Source of the DNA: an uncultured Spirochaetota bacterium
GTDB taxonomy: Bacteria; Spirochaetota; Spirochaetia; SZUA-6; Fen-1364
DNA length: 64,000 nucleotides
Assembly (NCBI GenBank): GCA_963781885.1
Contig: CAWAHW010000007.1
Coordinates: forward strand, 512,001 to 576,000
Direction: 5' to 3'
Positions within the stretch are counted from its first letter, which is position 1. Every line of letters begins with the position of its first letter. A model generated the notes under the pieces. That model was not told the origin of the DNA, made no database searches, and was given only the letters and a program-made list of their open reading frames with translations. Made by a program: the position numbers and the translations under genes. Shown piece by piece: positions 32,261 through 41,646 of the stretch.

Positions 32261-34918
32261 TTGAAAAAGTTCCTCGGCGTCCTGGCAAGGATCCTGCTCG
32301 CCCTCCTCTCCGTCGTGGTGCTCGCCGGGCTTTTCCTCGTGGGCAGGTGGCTCATCCGGCGCGAGGATCCCACGGCGTTCATCCCCGATTCCTATACGGC
32401 CTATCTCCAGGTGCCGTCCATCCGCGGCATCTACGACACCTGGCTGAACCTGGAGGCGGCTGACCTCGTTCTGTCGCGGCCCGAGCTGGCCGCGTATCGA
32501 CGGGCGGTGGCAGACGTGCGGGGGCTCGCCCTCACGAAATCCCCCCTGCTCAGGACGCTCCTGGATGTGCACGCTGACGTCCTCCTCCTCAAGGACGGGA
32601 AGCTGCTCGCCGTGCTGGACTTGGGCTGGCGCGGCATCGCGAGCCCCCTCGCGCGCATCGTCGGCCCGGTGCTGAATGTCCGGGGCTTCAGCTTCGTCAA
32701 TGACGCGGGCACCCCACTCTACACCTACACCACGGGGGGGACCACGATACACGCGGCCTTCGTGGAAAACGTCGCCATCCTTTCCCTCGACGCGGGCGTC
32801 GTGAAGGATGCCCTGGAGCGGCGCGCGACGGGGACGGGGCTCGCCATGCGGGCAAGCCGCGACCTCCTGGACCGCATCCGGCTGCGCCGATCCGACGCCA
32901 TACGCGTCCTCGTGGACACCGCGGGTCTCTCCACGAGCCTGCTCGCGGGGACACCGGTCGGTGACCGGGTGCTCGGCGCGGTGAAGATTCCCGGCCAGTC
33001 GATGGTCGATGTGACGATGAGCGACACGTCGCTGCATCTTGGGGCCCGGCTCCCGCTGGAGGTCTCGATGCCGGAGCTCGGGAAGACTCTCGCGACGGCA
33101 CCGGCGCCTCTCGGCGTGCTGCGATTCGTGCCAAGCTCCGCGTACCTCCTCACGGTGTCATCGCTTGCCCCGCTGAAAGGCCTGTACCAGCTCGCCGCGG
33201 ACTTCCAGGGCAAGGACGTGCAGGACGTGTTTGCGCGCGCCGATGCGGGCGCCCGCTCCGTCCTGGGCATGGGCATCGACCAGCTTCTCTTCTCGTGGGT
33301 CGGCGCGGAGCTGGGGGCATTCATGCTGCCCACGTCCACGGACCCGGTCTTTTTCGCGCGCATCAGCAGCCAGGAGTCGTTCCAGCGCGCGCTCACCGCG
33401 CTCGCCGGCTCTGCCGTGGCGGGCGCGGACAGCTCCCTCGTGATCGACGGCAGCCGCATCGACCGTCTCACCATCCCGTGGTACGTCGGGCTCATCCTCG
33501 ACGTGCTGGGCGCGAATGTGCCCCAGCCGTATTTCGTCACCCGCGGGGACTACCTCTTCGCCTCGCTGGACGCGACGAATCTCTCCGCCGTCATGAAGGC
33601 AGCCGACACCGGGAGCAACATTGCAGCCGGCAGCCTGTACGCATCGGTCTCCCGCGGCATCCCGTCGGATTCCACGTTCCTGGTCTGGTACGACATCACG
33701 AGGACGGAACCGTTCTTCATCAAGGGCGCGGGGATGTTCGCCGACATCCTGCGGCTGTACACGAGCGGCATGGCGGCGGTGCGCGCCACACCCACCGAGC
33801 TGCAGGTGTCGCTTTCCGCTGCGCGCGTCGCGAGCGGTGGCGCGCGGCTTGCAGCGGGCTTCCCGCTCTCGCCGGAGAAGGGCGTCGGGCAGGACCTTCT
33901 TGCATTCCGCTTCGCCGATTACCGGGCCGCGCGCCTGGCGTGGCTGAAGGCGCCAAACCTGCTCGTGCTCGCCGACGCTGGTGGCGCGCCGATCGCGCAG
34001 GCACAGCTCGACCCCGACACGCGCCTGGTCCCGGAGCCGGCCGCGGACGGCGCGGTCGCCGCGCTCTGGGCGGTATCCCCCGCGGGCACCGTGTGGCGCT
34101 TTGGACCTGCGCTCGTCCCGCAGGCCCCTTTTCCTCTTGCGTCGGGAATCGCAAGCACGATGCCGCCGGTGATGGTGGGTGCAAGCCTCGCCCTTTTCTC
34201 CCGGACCGACGCGGGAATCGTGCTGATCGGACCGGACGGGTCGCGCCGGCTGCTCGCGCAGCACCTGGACGCGCCTCTCCTTGCCGCGCCCGATATCGTC
34301 GGCGGACGGATGGCATTCTATCCCAAGAGCTTCGACGCGCACGTGCATCTCACGGACCTCGACGGGACGGAAGAGCCGGGATGGCCCGTGGCGGCGTCCG
34401 GCATCTCCTTCTGCTCGCCGCGCATCGTGGCAACGGGCGACTCGCTCGACGTCTTTTTCCTCACCCAGGCGGGCGCACTCGATGGCTGGGACGCAACGGG
34501 CGCGCCTCTTCCCTCCTTCCCCCTGAGCTTGCCCGGTGTCTATTACGCGAATCCCGAGGTCGTGTCGGTCGACGGGAAGTCGTGCCTTGCCATCCTCGCC
34601 CAGGATGGAACGCTGTCGCTCGTGGGAACGGACGGGAGCGTCCTGCGTCAGGTCAAGGTTCCCGACGTGGACGGGAAGACGGCGCGCATCTTCATCGGCG
34701 ACGTGAAGCACGACGGCGGCAACGAGATGCTGCTGTACGGGTCCGGTGCATTCATCGCCGGCTACGATACCGCGCTTCGGCCGCTGCCGGGATTTCCCCT
34801 CAAGGGCGTGACCCGGCCCCAGCTCGTCGACCTGGACCAGGATGGCATGCAGGAGCTCGTCACCGCCGGGATCGATGGAAAAATCTACGCGTACGCAATG
34901 ACAAGGACGCGGCAGTGA
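32261..34918 (+). CDS. large membrane-anchored protein with C-terminal beta-propeller (G[FW]P repeats, FG-GAP-like end)
   Basis: N-terminal TM; GFPL/PFPL/GWPV/SFPL/GFPL repeats; DLDQDGMQELV. Confidence 0.75.
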   Translation: MKKFLGVLARILLALLSVVVLAGLFLVGRWLIRREDPTAFIPDSYTAYLQVPSIRGIYDTWLNLEAADLVLSRPELAAYRRAVADVRGLALTKSPLLRTLLDVHADVLLLKDGKLLAVLDLGWRGIASPLARIVGPVLNVRGFSFVNDAGTPLYTYTTGGTTIHAAFVENVAILSLDAGVVKDALERRATGTGLAMRASRDLLDRIRLRRSDAIRVLVDTAGLSTSLLAGTPVGDRVLGAVKIPGQSMVDVTMSDTSLHLGARLPLEVSMPELGKTLATAPAPLGVLRFVPSSAYLLTVSSLAPLKGLYQLAADFQGKDVQDVFARADAGARSVLGMGIDQLLFSWVGAELGAFMLPTSTDPVFFARISSQESFQRALTALAGSAVAGADSSLVIDGSRIDRLTIPWYVGLILDVLGANVPQPYFVTRGDYLFASLDATNLSAVMKAADTGSNIAAGSLYASVSRGIPSDSTFLVWYDITRTEPFFIKGAGMFADILRLYTSGMAAVRATPTELQVSLSAARVASGGARLAAGFPLSPEKGVGQDLLAFRFADYRAARLAWLKAPNLLVLADAGGAPIAQAQLDPDTRLVPEPAADGAVAALWAVSPAGTVWRFGPALVPQAPFPLASGIASTMPPVMVGASLALFSRTDAGIVLIGPDGSRRLLAQHLDAPLLAAPDIVGGRMAFYPKSFDAHVHLTDLDGTEEPGWPVAASGISFCSPRIVATGDSLDVFFLTQAGALDGWDATGAPLPSFPLSLPGVYYANPEVVSVDGKSCLAILAQDGTLSLVGTDGSVLRQVKVPDVDGKTARIFIGDVKHDGGNEMLLYGSGAFIAGYDTALRPLPGFPLKGVTRPQLVDLDQDGMQELVTAGIDGKIYAYAMTRTRQ

Positions 34919-35997
34919 AGGGGAAGGGACCGTCGCCGGTCTTTTTCGCGTGTGCGTCGTTCGCCCTCCTCCTGCTCGCATCCTGCGCGAGCGCGCCGGT
35001 CACTCCCGCGGTGGAGACCCCGGCGGAACAGGAAACCGCCACGCTGGACGTCTTCACTTCCCGCCTGCTCGACATCGAGATCACACCCGACCGCGCGCGT
35101 CTTTTCGCGCTGCGCACGGAGCTGGACCGGGCCGCGGCGCTTCCGGGGGCGAGCCGGCACGACCAGGCGGTCCTGGAGAGCCTTCGCGCCGAGGCCGCTT
35201 TCCAGGCCGGCGACCAGGCTGCCGCGCGGAGGCTCGTGGAAAGCGCCGCCGGTATGTCGCAGGTGGTGGAGGGCGTCTGGGTCGTGCGCGCGGCCCTCGA
35301 GCCGGATCCCGCCCGGAGCCTCGCGCTCCTGGAAAAGGGAATCGCCGTGTCCGACCAGACGGCGCGGCTGCTCTGCCTCCGCGGGCAGGCGCTCCTCAAG
35401 GCCGGCCGTTATGCCGAGGCCGCCCAGGACCTCGACGAAGGCCTGCGGTCGCTGGACGAGCGCTACCGCGCATTGTACGGGCCCGACCGCGAGCGCGCAT
35501 TTTCCCTTGCCCGGGTCGCGCGCGACACCGGCGGCGGGAATCCCGGCGTGCAGCCGCTTCCGCCGGACGGCGTGCTGACCTTCCGCGCCATGGTGGAGCA
35601 GGCTCTCACGCAGACGAGCCTCCTTGCGTCGCTCGGCCCCGCGGCGAGCCCGAGCTTTGCGGGCATCCTGCCGTCCCTCGTCTCGGCGGGTCTGCTGCGC
35701 GATCCGTCGGTGTCCCCGGATACCGCGGCGCCCCGCAAGGACGTTGCGTATTTTCTCTGGGGCCTTGTCGCACGCTCCGAGCACGACCCGACGCTGCTCA
35801 CGCGCTACCGGCGGAAATACGCGGTGAGCCCGGTCGCGGATGTCTCCGTCGATGCGCCCTGGTTCGACGCCGTACTTGGCACCGTGGAGAGGGAGATCAT
35901 CGATCTACCGGATGGAATGAATTTCAAGCCCGACGATCCGGTCACCGGGCTTGAGTACCGGGAAATGCTCGCAAAGCTCGCCGCTCTGTACCGCTGA
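34915..35997 (+). CDS. lipoprotein with TPR-like helices and a C-terminal SLH-like domain
   Basis: Lipobox LLASC; RGQALLKAGRYAEAAQDL; ADV...PWFDAV...FKPDDPVTG. GTG overlaps the upstream stop. Confidence 0.75.
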   Translation: MKGKGPSPVFFACASFALLLLASCASAPVTPAVETPAEQETATLDVFTSRLLDIEITPDRARLFALRTELDRAAALPGASRHDQAVLESLRAEAAFQAGDQAAARRLVESAAGMSQVVEGVWVVRAALEPDPARSLALLEKGIAVSDQTARLLCLRGQALLKAGRYAEAAQDLDEGLRSLDERYRALYGPDRERAFSLARVARDTGGGNPGVQPLPPDGVLTFRAMVEQALTQTSLLASLGPAASPSFAGILPSLVSAGLLRDPSVSPDTAAPRKDVAYFLWGLVARSEHDPTLLTRYRRKYAVSPVADVSVDAPWFDAVLGTVEREIIDLPDGMNFKPDDPVTGLEYREMLAKLAALYR

Positions 35998-36089
35998 GGG
36001 CATGCAGGCGCACAGAGGGCTGCGCGACCCCTTCCTTTGCGGGCAAAAATAGGGTACTCTCCCATGATACCCCAGGAGGCAAAAAAAGA

Positions 36090-36473
36090 ATGAAGCTGAC
36101 GGTCGAGCAGGTTGCAAAATTGACGAAGTTGTCCGTTCCCACCCTTCGTGTCTATGCGTCCCGGCAGAAGCTGGGAAAAAAAGAGGGGAACAAGCGATAT
36201 TTCTCGCAGGATGATGTCAAGAAGTTGTTGAAGGGGGCTTCTTCTGCACCGGCAAAAAAAGCGCCGGCGAAGTCCGCGAAAAAGGCGGCGAAGAAAGTCG
36301 CCAGCAAGCCGGCCAAGGCTCCCCGCAAGACAACGGCGGCGCCCGCGGCAAAGCACGCCGAGCCCGTGAAGACACAGAAGACCGAAAGAAAGTCCTTCTG
36401 GAGCTTTCTCCAGCGCAAACCGAAGGAGAAGGTGACCCTGATGGACGCGAAGGGAATCCGGCGACAGGCGTAG
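36090..36473 (+). CDS. MerR/excisionase-type HTH protein with histone H1-like AKK repeats
   Basis: LTVEQVAKLTKLSVPTLRVY...RYFSQDDV; PAKKAPAKSAKKAAKK; GGAGG RBS. Confidence 0.8.
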   Translation: MKLTVEQVAKLTKLSVPTLRVYASRQKLGKKEGNKRYFSQDDVKKLLKGASSAPAKKAPAKSAKKAAKKVASKPAKAPRKTTAAPAAKHAEPVKTQKTERKSFWSFLQRKPKEKVTLMDAKGIRRQA

Positions 36474-36564
36474 TACCGGTCGGAAGGATCCGCCGGATCC
36501 GGATGACGCGCAGGTGTGCGCTTTCCTTCCCCCTGCTTCCCGACAGACTGAAAAGAGAGGCTCC

Positions 36565-37401
36565 GTGCCGCGCCGCCTGAGTGACGGCGTTTTCCGTCGT
36601 CGCCTCATCGCGATCGATGCGCGTCTTCTTGCGCGCGCCGACGATGCCATGACGGCCGATCTCCTGTGGCTGGGGCGCCTCTATCGCATCGTCGCGGTCG
36701 GCGCCACGGCGCGCGGGCCCGCCGCCTGGGCGGACATCGAGTACATGGCAGGGCGGGACGTGGCGGTGAGCCGGGGCGCACCGCCGGTCGAGGCCTACGC
36801 CTCGTGGGGCGTCGGCACGACGCCCGCGCAGGGCCTCGGCCGGGTCATTCCCTGCACGACGCCGCGCGCCGCCGCGCAGGCGCTGCGCGAAATCCGCCGG
36901 CAGGAAACGGAGTCCGCCATCATCATTGACGACGAGCTCCTGCGCGCGCGCGTCGGCCTCATGAGGAGCCGCGGGGAGCACGTCGTCTTCACCAACGGCA
37001 TTTTCGACCTGCTCCACATCGGGCACGTGCGGCTCCTGGAAGGCGCGCGCGCGCTTGGCGACCGGCTCATCGTCGGCATCAACAGCGACGATTCGACGCG
37101 CGCGCTCAAAGGAGGCACCCGTCCCGTGGTTCCCCAGTTCGCCCGGGCGGAGCTCCTCACGCGGCTGCGCAGCGTGGATTGCTGCTTCATCTACCCCGAC
37201 GCCGATCCGAAGAGAGCCCTTTCCCTCATCCGCCCGGACGTCCTTGCCAAGGGAGCTGACTACACGATGGCACGCATCGTCGGCGCCCATTTTGTCCGTG
37301 GATACGGAGGCAGGGTCGTGCGCCTGCCGCTCGTGACCGGCTCCTCGACGACCTCGACGATACGGAGCATCACCGCGTTGCATCGTCCCCGTCGCGCGTG
37401 A
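36565..37401 (+). CDS. HldC/RfaE domain II-like (ADP-heptose) nucleotidyltransferase with an N-terminal extension; start uncertain
   Basis: VFTNGIFDLLHIGH, LIVGINSDDS, LKG..RP, PDVLAKGADY, STT. Confidence 0.8.
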   Translation: MPRRLSDGVFRRRLIAIDARLLARADDAMTADLLWLGRLYRIVAVGATARGPAAWADIEYMAGRDVAVSRGAPPVEAYASWGVGTTPAQGLGRVIPCTTPRAAAQALREIRRQETESAIIIDDELLRARVGLMRSRGEHVVFTNGIFDLLHIGHVRLLEGARALGDRLIVGINSDDSTRALKGGTRPVVPQFARAELLTRLRSVDCCFIYPDADPKRALSLIRPDVLAKGADYTMARIVGAHFVRGYGGRVVRLPLVTGSSTTSTIRSITALHRPRRA

Positions 37402-37473
37402 ACGCGCGGGTCTTTACACCACAGGCGCCAGTCGTTAGGCTTTTCAATCACGCATCCCTCTGAGGAGTGAAGA

Positions 37474-38457
37474 ATGCTCAAGTTGAGGAGGCGCGCTTCC
37501 CGCACGCCTGAGAATGAACAGGAGGGCATCAGCATCGCCACGCGTCCGATCGAAGGGCTCGCGCACGGAGCCATCGTGTCCGTGCGGGGAGGCGTGGATG
37601 CCCTGGACGGGAAGGTCCTTGCGGCCCGGCTGCACGAGCTCGTGCGCGGATCGCATCTCTGTCTCGCCGTCGACCTTCACGGTGTGCACGTGCTGACGGA
37701 GCGGGGCCTGGTCGGGGCGCTCCTGGCCGCGCGCGCGCATCTGCGCAGCCGCGGCGGTCACCTCGTGCTTTTCGGCCTCCGCAAGGGCGCGGCGGCGGCG
37801 TTCTCCCTCCTCTACCGAAGCAGCGAGCTGAGGCTTTTTTCTACCGCGGCGGCGGCCGTGCGGGCGCTCCGCGCGGAGAGCGCCGACCCCGTCCCGCTTG
37901 CCCGCGAGATACCCGGCTTCCAGCCTTCAATCGAAGCACTGACGCTCGCCATTGAAAGGGCGGAGGACATCGACCGCTGCGCGATCGTCCGATGTGCGGG
38001 TCGCCTCACGGAAAAGGCCACGACGCCCTTCTGGTACGACCTGGACAGGATCGCCGAGTTCGGCTTTACGCGGCTCGTGCTGGACTGCACCCGCCTGGTG
38101 TGGGGCAGCGTGCGCGGCGCGGCGGAGTTCTGCAAATCGTTCATGCTGAGCCACGCCGGATGCATCGCGCTGTTCGGGCACGCGCCCATGGCACGGCTCC
38201 TGACCGCGGACGGCGCAATGCCCGGTTGCAACAGCTTCTGGTGTGACGACGAAGCCTCGGCGCTCGCGATTTTCAGGAAGCTCGATGAGCCCCGAAACGC
38301 GCCGGGCGCGCGGACCGCGGCAAGCCGTTGCCCGAAATGCGGGAGAGAGCTCGGCACGTCCGGACCGGGCATTCATTCCTGCGCGGGGTGCGGCGCGGTC
38401 GTCGTGACCGATGTGTTCGCGGAAGCGCGGCTCCTGCCCGATGAGGTTTCGGCCTGA
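37474..38457 (+). CDS. tandem STAS-like (anti-sigma antagonist) protein with a C-terminal Zn ribbon
   Basis: Two STAS-like units (VRGGVDA...VDLHGV; CAGRL...LVLDCTRL) and CPKC...CAGC. Confidence 0.65.
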   Translation: MLKLRRRASRTPENEQEGISIATRPIEGLAHGAIVSVRGGVDALDGKVLAARLHELVRGSHLCLAVDLHGVHVLTERGLVGALLAARAHLRSRGGHLVLFGLRKGAAAAFSLLYRSSELRLFSTAAAAVRALRAESADPVPLAREIPGFQPSIEALTLAIERAEDIDRCAIVRCAGRLTEKATTPFWYDLDRIAEFGFTRLVLDCTRLVWGSVRGAAEFCKSFMLSHAGCIALFGHAPMARLLTADGAMPGCNSFWCDDEASALAIFRKLDEPRNAPGARTAASRCPKCGRELGTSGPGIHSCAGCGAVVVTDVFAEARLLPDEVSA

Positions 38458-38475
38458 CCACGGACCGCGGAGCCT

Positions 38476-39300
38476 TCAGTCCCAGATCCCCTCGATGCGC
38501 TGCGCCCGGGCTGCCTCTCCAAGGGGAGGCAGGCGGTCGATGTCCTCGATGAGGCGCAGGAGAGAGTAGTGGGTGATGGGAAGGGACGAAACGGTGTGCT
38601 GGACGTGCGCCCCGTAAAGCACGGTAAAAAGGGGCGTCGTCGCGACCGGCGCGCTGCCGTCGCATTCGTCGAAGGTGACGACGAGCAGGCTGTCGTGGGT
38701 GAGCGCCCACTGGGCATAGCTTCCCAGCTTTGCCTGGAGCCATGCGTCGCCCTGCGCGACGCTTCCGTCGTGCATGTCGTCGTCGAGATTCGGTATGACG
38801 AAGCTCACGGCGGGAAGCTGCGCGAAGTCCGCCGGGAAGCTCGTGAAGGGAAGATTGACGGAGTCCGGCGCATTGGTGAAGCTCGCGCAGGGGTTGTGCT
38901 TGCGCGCGTAGCGGCCCGACGTGAACACGCGCGGGCTCGCGGGGGGCAGGTCCTCGCTGTACGTGGCAAAGCCCCGCCCGGCGTCGAGCAGGCTCGTGGC
39001 GAGGTTTGGCGCCGTGATGTCATGCTGATTGTCGTCGGTGACGCCGTTCAAGGATCCGCTGAAAAGCGCGATGTAATTCGGCTGGCTGGGATGCGCAATG
39101 CCATAGGAGCGCGCCATGAATGCCCCGCCGGCTTTCAGGGATGCAAGGTACGGAGCGGACTCCACCTGTGCGGCCGACTTGTTCTCCTCTATCGCGATGA
39201 CGATATGGTCATAACCCGGCGGGTCCGCGGATGCCGTCCCCCCGCAGGAAATCGTGAAAAGGCACAGGGCCGCGCCGAGCAAGAGAACGTCCGCTTTCAC
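38476..39300 (-). CDS. acid phosphatase / phosphoesterase-family lipoprotein
   Basis: HIVIAIEEN, HPSQPNYIAL, YARKHNP, PNL.DDMHDG, VTFDE, HYSLLR.IED; lipobox TISC. Confidence 0.88.
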   Translation of the reverse strand: MKADVLLLGAALCLFTISCGGTASADPPGYDHIVIAIEENKSAAQVESAPYLASLKAGGAFMARSYGIAHPSQPNYIALFSGSLNGVTDDNQHDITAPNLATSLLDAGRGFATYSEDLPPASPRVFTSGRYARKHNPCASFTNAPDSVNLPFTSFPADFAQLPAVSFVIPNLDDDMHDGSVAQGDAWLQAKLGSYAQWALTHDSLLVVTFDECDGSAPVATTPLFTVLYGAHVQHTVSSLPITHYSLLRLIEDIDRLPPLGEAARAQRIEGIWD

Positions 39301-39397
39301 CTTGTTCCTCCGCGATAGTGTACCATAGCCCGAAGCGGCGCGACGCGCCATCGTGCCCGTCTGCCTTCACCGCACCAGGAGAAGCGGGTTCCCCGCG

Positions 39398-41479
39398 TCA
39401 GGCTTTGTGGCGCGAGGCGACCTGCGCGCCGATGGCGTCGCCGATCTTCTTGAGGTAGAAGCGTGCTGCCTGGTCGGTCGGATCGGCTTCCAGGACCGCG
39501 TTGAACCCCGTTCGCGCCTGGCGGTACCGGCGCGTCTCGAAGCATCGCAGGGCCTCTTCGAACACCGCGCGCGTACGGATGCGCACGACGTCCGGCGCAT
39601 CGATGATCTCGAACACCGTGACCGCCCGGAGCTTTCCCTTTACCCGCACCCTGCCCAGACGCCGATGGGGAAGCTGGGCTGCCTCGGGACACGCGATGAG
39701 CAGGTCCTCGCTCACGATGATCCACGAGCCGAACGCGCGCGTGAGCCCCTCCAGGCGCGAGGCGAGATTCACCGCGTCGGAGATGACCGTTCCCTCCATG
39801 CGCGATGTCTCCCCGATCGTCCCGAGCATGAGGGAACCGGTGTTGATCCCGACGCCGATTCCGATCGGGCGGTAGCCGGAGTTCGCGCGATGCCCGTTGA
39901 ACACCCGCACGGTCTCCATCAGCTCGAGGCCCGTGCGCACCGCGTCCATCGGCGTCCGGGGGAAGAGGGCCATGATGCCGTCGCCGAGGTACTTGTCGAT
40001 GAATCCCCTGTTGCGGCGGACGACCGGGGAGATCCTGCTCAGGTACGAGTTGAGGAAGTTGAAGTTCTCCGTCGGCGTCATGCCCTCCGACAGCGTCGTG
40101 AACGCGCGGATGTCCGCAAAGAGGATCGTCATCTCCAGCTCGATCTGGTCGCCGAGATTCACGTTCTCGATGGACTCCTTTCCCAGGAGGCCGAGGAACT
40201 CGCGCGGTACGAAACGGCCGTAGGACGTCGCCAGCCCGGCGGCTCTCTTCGATTGGTCCCGCGCAGAGACATATGCCAGGGCGTAGCGGCGCGCGATGAG
40301 GCCGGACTGGAGAAAGACGAAGACGACCATCGCGTAGGAGGTGATGAAGATGCCGCCCGCATGGCTCTGGTCCAAGAGGATGTCGTAGATCGCGCTGGCA
40401 AGCATGAAGAGGAAACCGATCAGCATCAGGAGCGCCCCGTCCCTTCGGGCCACGAGCGCGCGCACGATCCAGACCATGATGAGAAGGCCCTCGCAGAGGA
40501 GGAAGATCTCGTAATAGAAATGCGCCGGCACGATGAGCGTGATCGGAGCAAAGATCACGAAGGCGCAGAAGGCGGCGTTGATCGCGACGAGGGGCGCGAG
40601 AAGGAACCGGATGCGCTCCTGGGGAAAGAGGTGCGTGAAGTAAAGGTAGATCGCGAGCCCCGCGATATACACCGTGGCGAACTCCATCGCGATCAGGGTG
40701 TGGAATCCCATGCCGGCGGCGAACTGGTGGAGGAGCCGCGTCCCGGTGAGCGCACCGCGCAGGGCGAGATCGACGGAGAGGATGCCGAAGTACAGCGATG
40801 CCCGCTCGTCGGGATGGAGGATGGCGAGAAGGATATGGTAGAGCCCCATCATGAGGATGGCCGCGTAGATGATCGCGTCTAGGAGCGTATCGCGGGTCGT
40901 TGCTTTCGCCACGGAGGCCTGCAGACCGATTGCGGGGGCCTCCACCATGCCGGCAACGGTGTCCTCCGCATTGCTCACCTGCAGCACGATTTCCAGCCGG
41001 CCCCGGGCGCTCAGGTAGACGCTGCGGGGCGCGTACGAGCCGCGTGTATCCTCGGGATCGGCCGATACGCCTCCATTTTCCAAAAGGAGCACACCATTGC
41101 CGTAGAGCCGATACGCGGTGGCGATCCGCGAAAGCGAAAGCCCGATCGGCTCCTCGAAACCGGAGGGCAGAAGCACCACGAGGCGGTATGTGGCATATCC
41201 CGCGGCGGCGTAGCCCGATTCGTGCGCGGTCCACGATCCCGGAACCGCGATCGTCGTCCCGTCATGCCGCGGCGCGGAGAAATCCCCGGGGACGAGCAAG
41301 CGCCGCCAAAAGAATTGCCAATCGCCGGCAAGGGATGCGCCCGCCCGCAGGTCTGCCTCGCTCAGCGTGATGACGCCGTTGCGGGCGACGGGGGCCGCGG
41401 CGACGTACACCGACGCGCCCAGCGCAAGAGCGGCCACGAGGGCAAGGCGCGCGAGGACGTGATGCGGCGAATGGCTCAT
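39398..41479 (-). CDS. 7TM-DISM class III adenylate cyclase
   Basis: LAGDWQFFW and GYATYRL extracellular domain, 7 TM, FADIRAFT, DKYLGDGIMALF, SDAVNLASRLEG. Confidence 0.92.
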   Translation of the reverse strand: MSHSPHHVLARLALVAALALGASVYVAAAPVARNGVITLSEADLRAGASLAGDWQFFWRRLLVPGDFSAPRHDGTTIAVPGSWTAHESGYAAAGYATYRLVVLLPSGFEEPIGLSLSRIATAYRLYGNGVLLLENGGVSADPEDTRGSYAPRSVYLSARGRLEIVLQVSNAEDTVAGMVEAPAIGLQASVAKATTRDTLLDAIIYAAILMMGLYHILLAILHPDERASLYFGILSVDLALRGALTGTRLLHQFAAGMGFHTLIAMEFATVYIAGLAIYLYFTHLFPQERIRFLLAPLVAINAAFCAFVIFAPITLIVPAHFYYEIFLLCEGLLIMVWIVRALVARRDGALLMLIGFLFMLASAIYDILLDQSHAGGIFITSYAMVVFVFLQSGLIARRYALAYVSARDQSKRAAGLATSYGRFVPREFLGLLGKESIENVNLGDQIELEMTILFADIRAFTTLSEGMTPTENFNFLNSYLSRISPVVRRNRGFIDKYLGDGIMALFPRTPMDAVRTGLELMETVRVFNGHRANSGYRPIGIGVGINTGSLMLGTIGETSRMEGTVISDAVNLASRLEGLTRAFGSWIIVSEDLLIACPEAAQLPHRRLGRVRVKGKLRAVTVFEIIDAPDVVRIRTRAVFEEALRCFETRRYRQARTGFNAVLEADPTDQAARFYLKKIGDAIGAQVASRHKA

Positions 41480-41529
41480 TTGCCGGAGTATAGGCGCGAA
41501 GGCCGCGCGGGAGAAGTACCGATGTCGGC

Positions 41530-41590
41530 GCCCTCTCGTGGCGCCGCGGTAAGCCGCGGATTGTGGCGCCGCGGCATGCCACGGACTCGG
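41530..41590. repeat. degenerate copies of the GCCACGG/CCGTGGC palindrome family
   Basis: gtggcgccgcgg occurs twice; atgccacggact is the reverse complement of agtccgtggcat. Confidence 0.4.
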
Positions 41591-41646
41591 GCCCCGGTGA
41601 CGCGCCGGGGAGCGGCCGGTGTTGCAGCTTGTGAGAGGTGGATGAC

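Noticed and set aside
29416-32382. 988-aa minus-strand ORF
   Set aside because: Antisense shadow of htpG and the MFS gene.
33295-34914. N-terminal 540 aa of the 900-aa ORF 33295..35997
   Set aside because: Arg/Gly-rich off-frame overlap with the real 32261..34918 gene. The true lipoprotein starts at GTG 34915.
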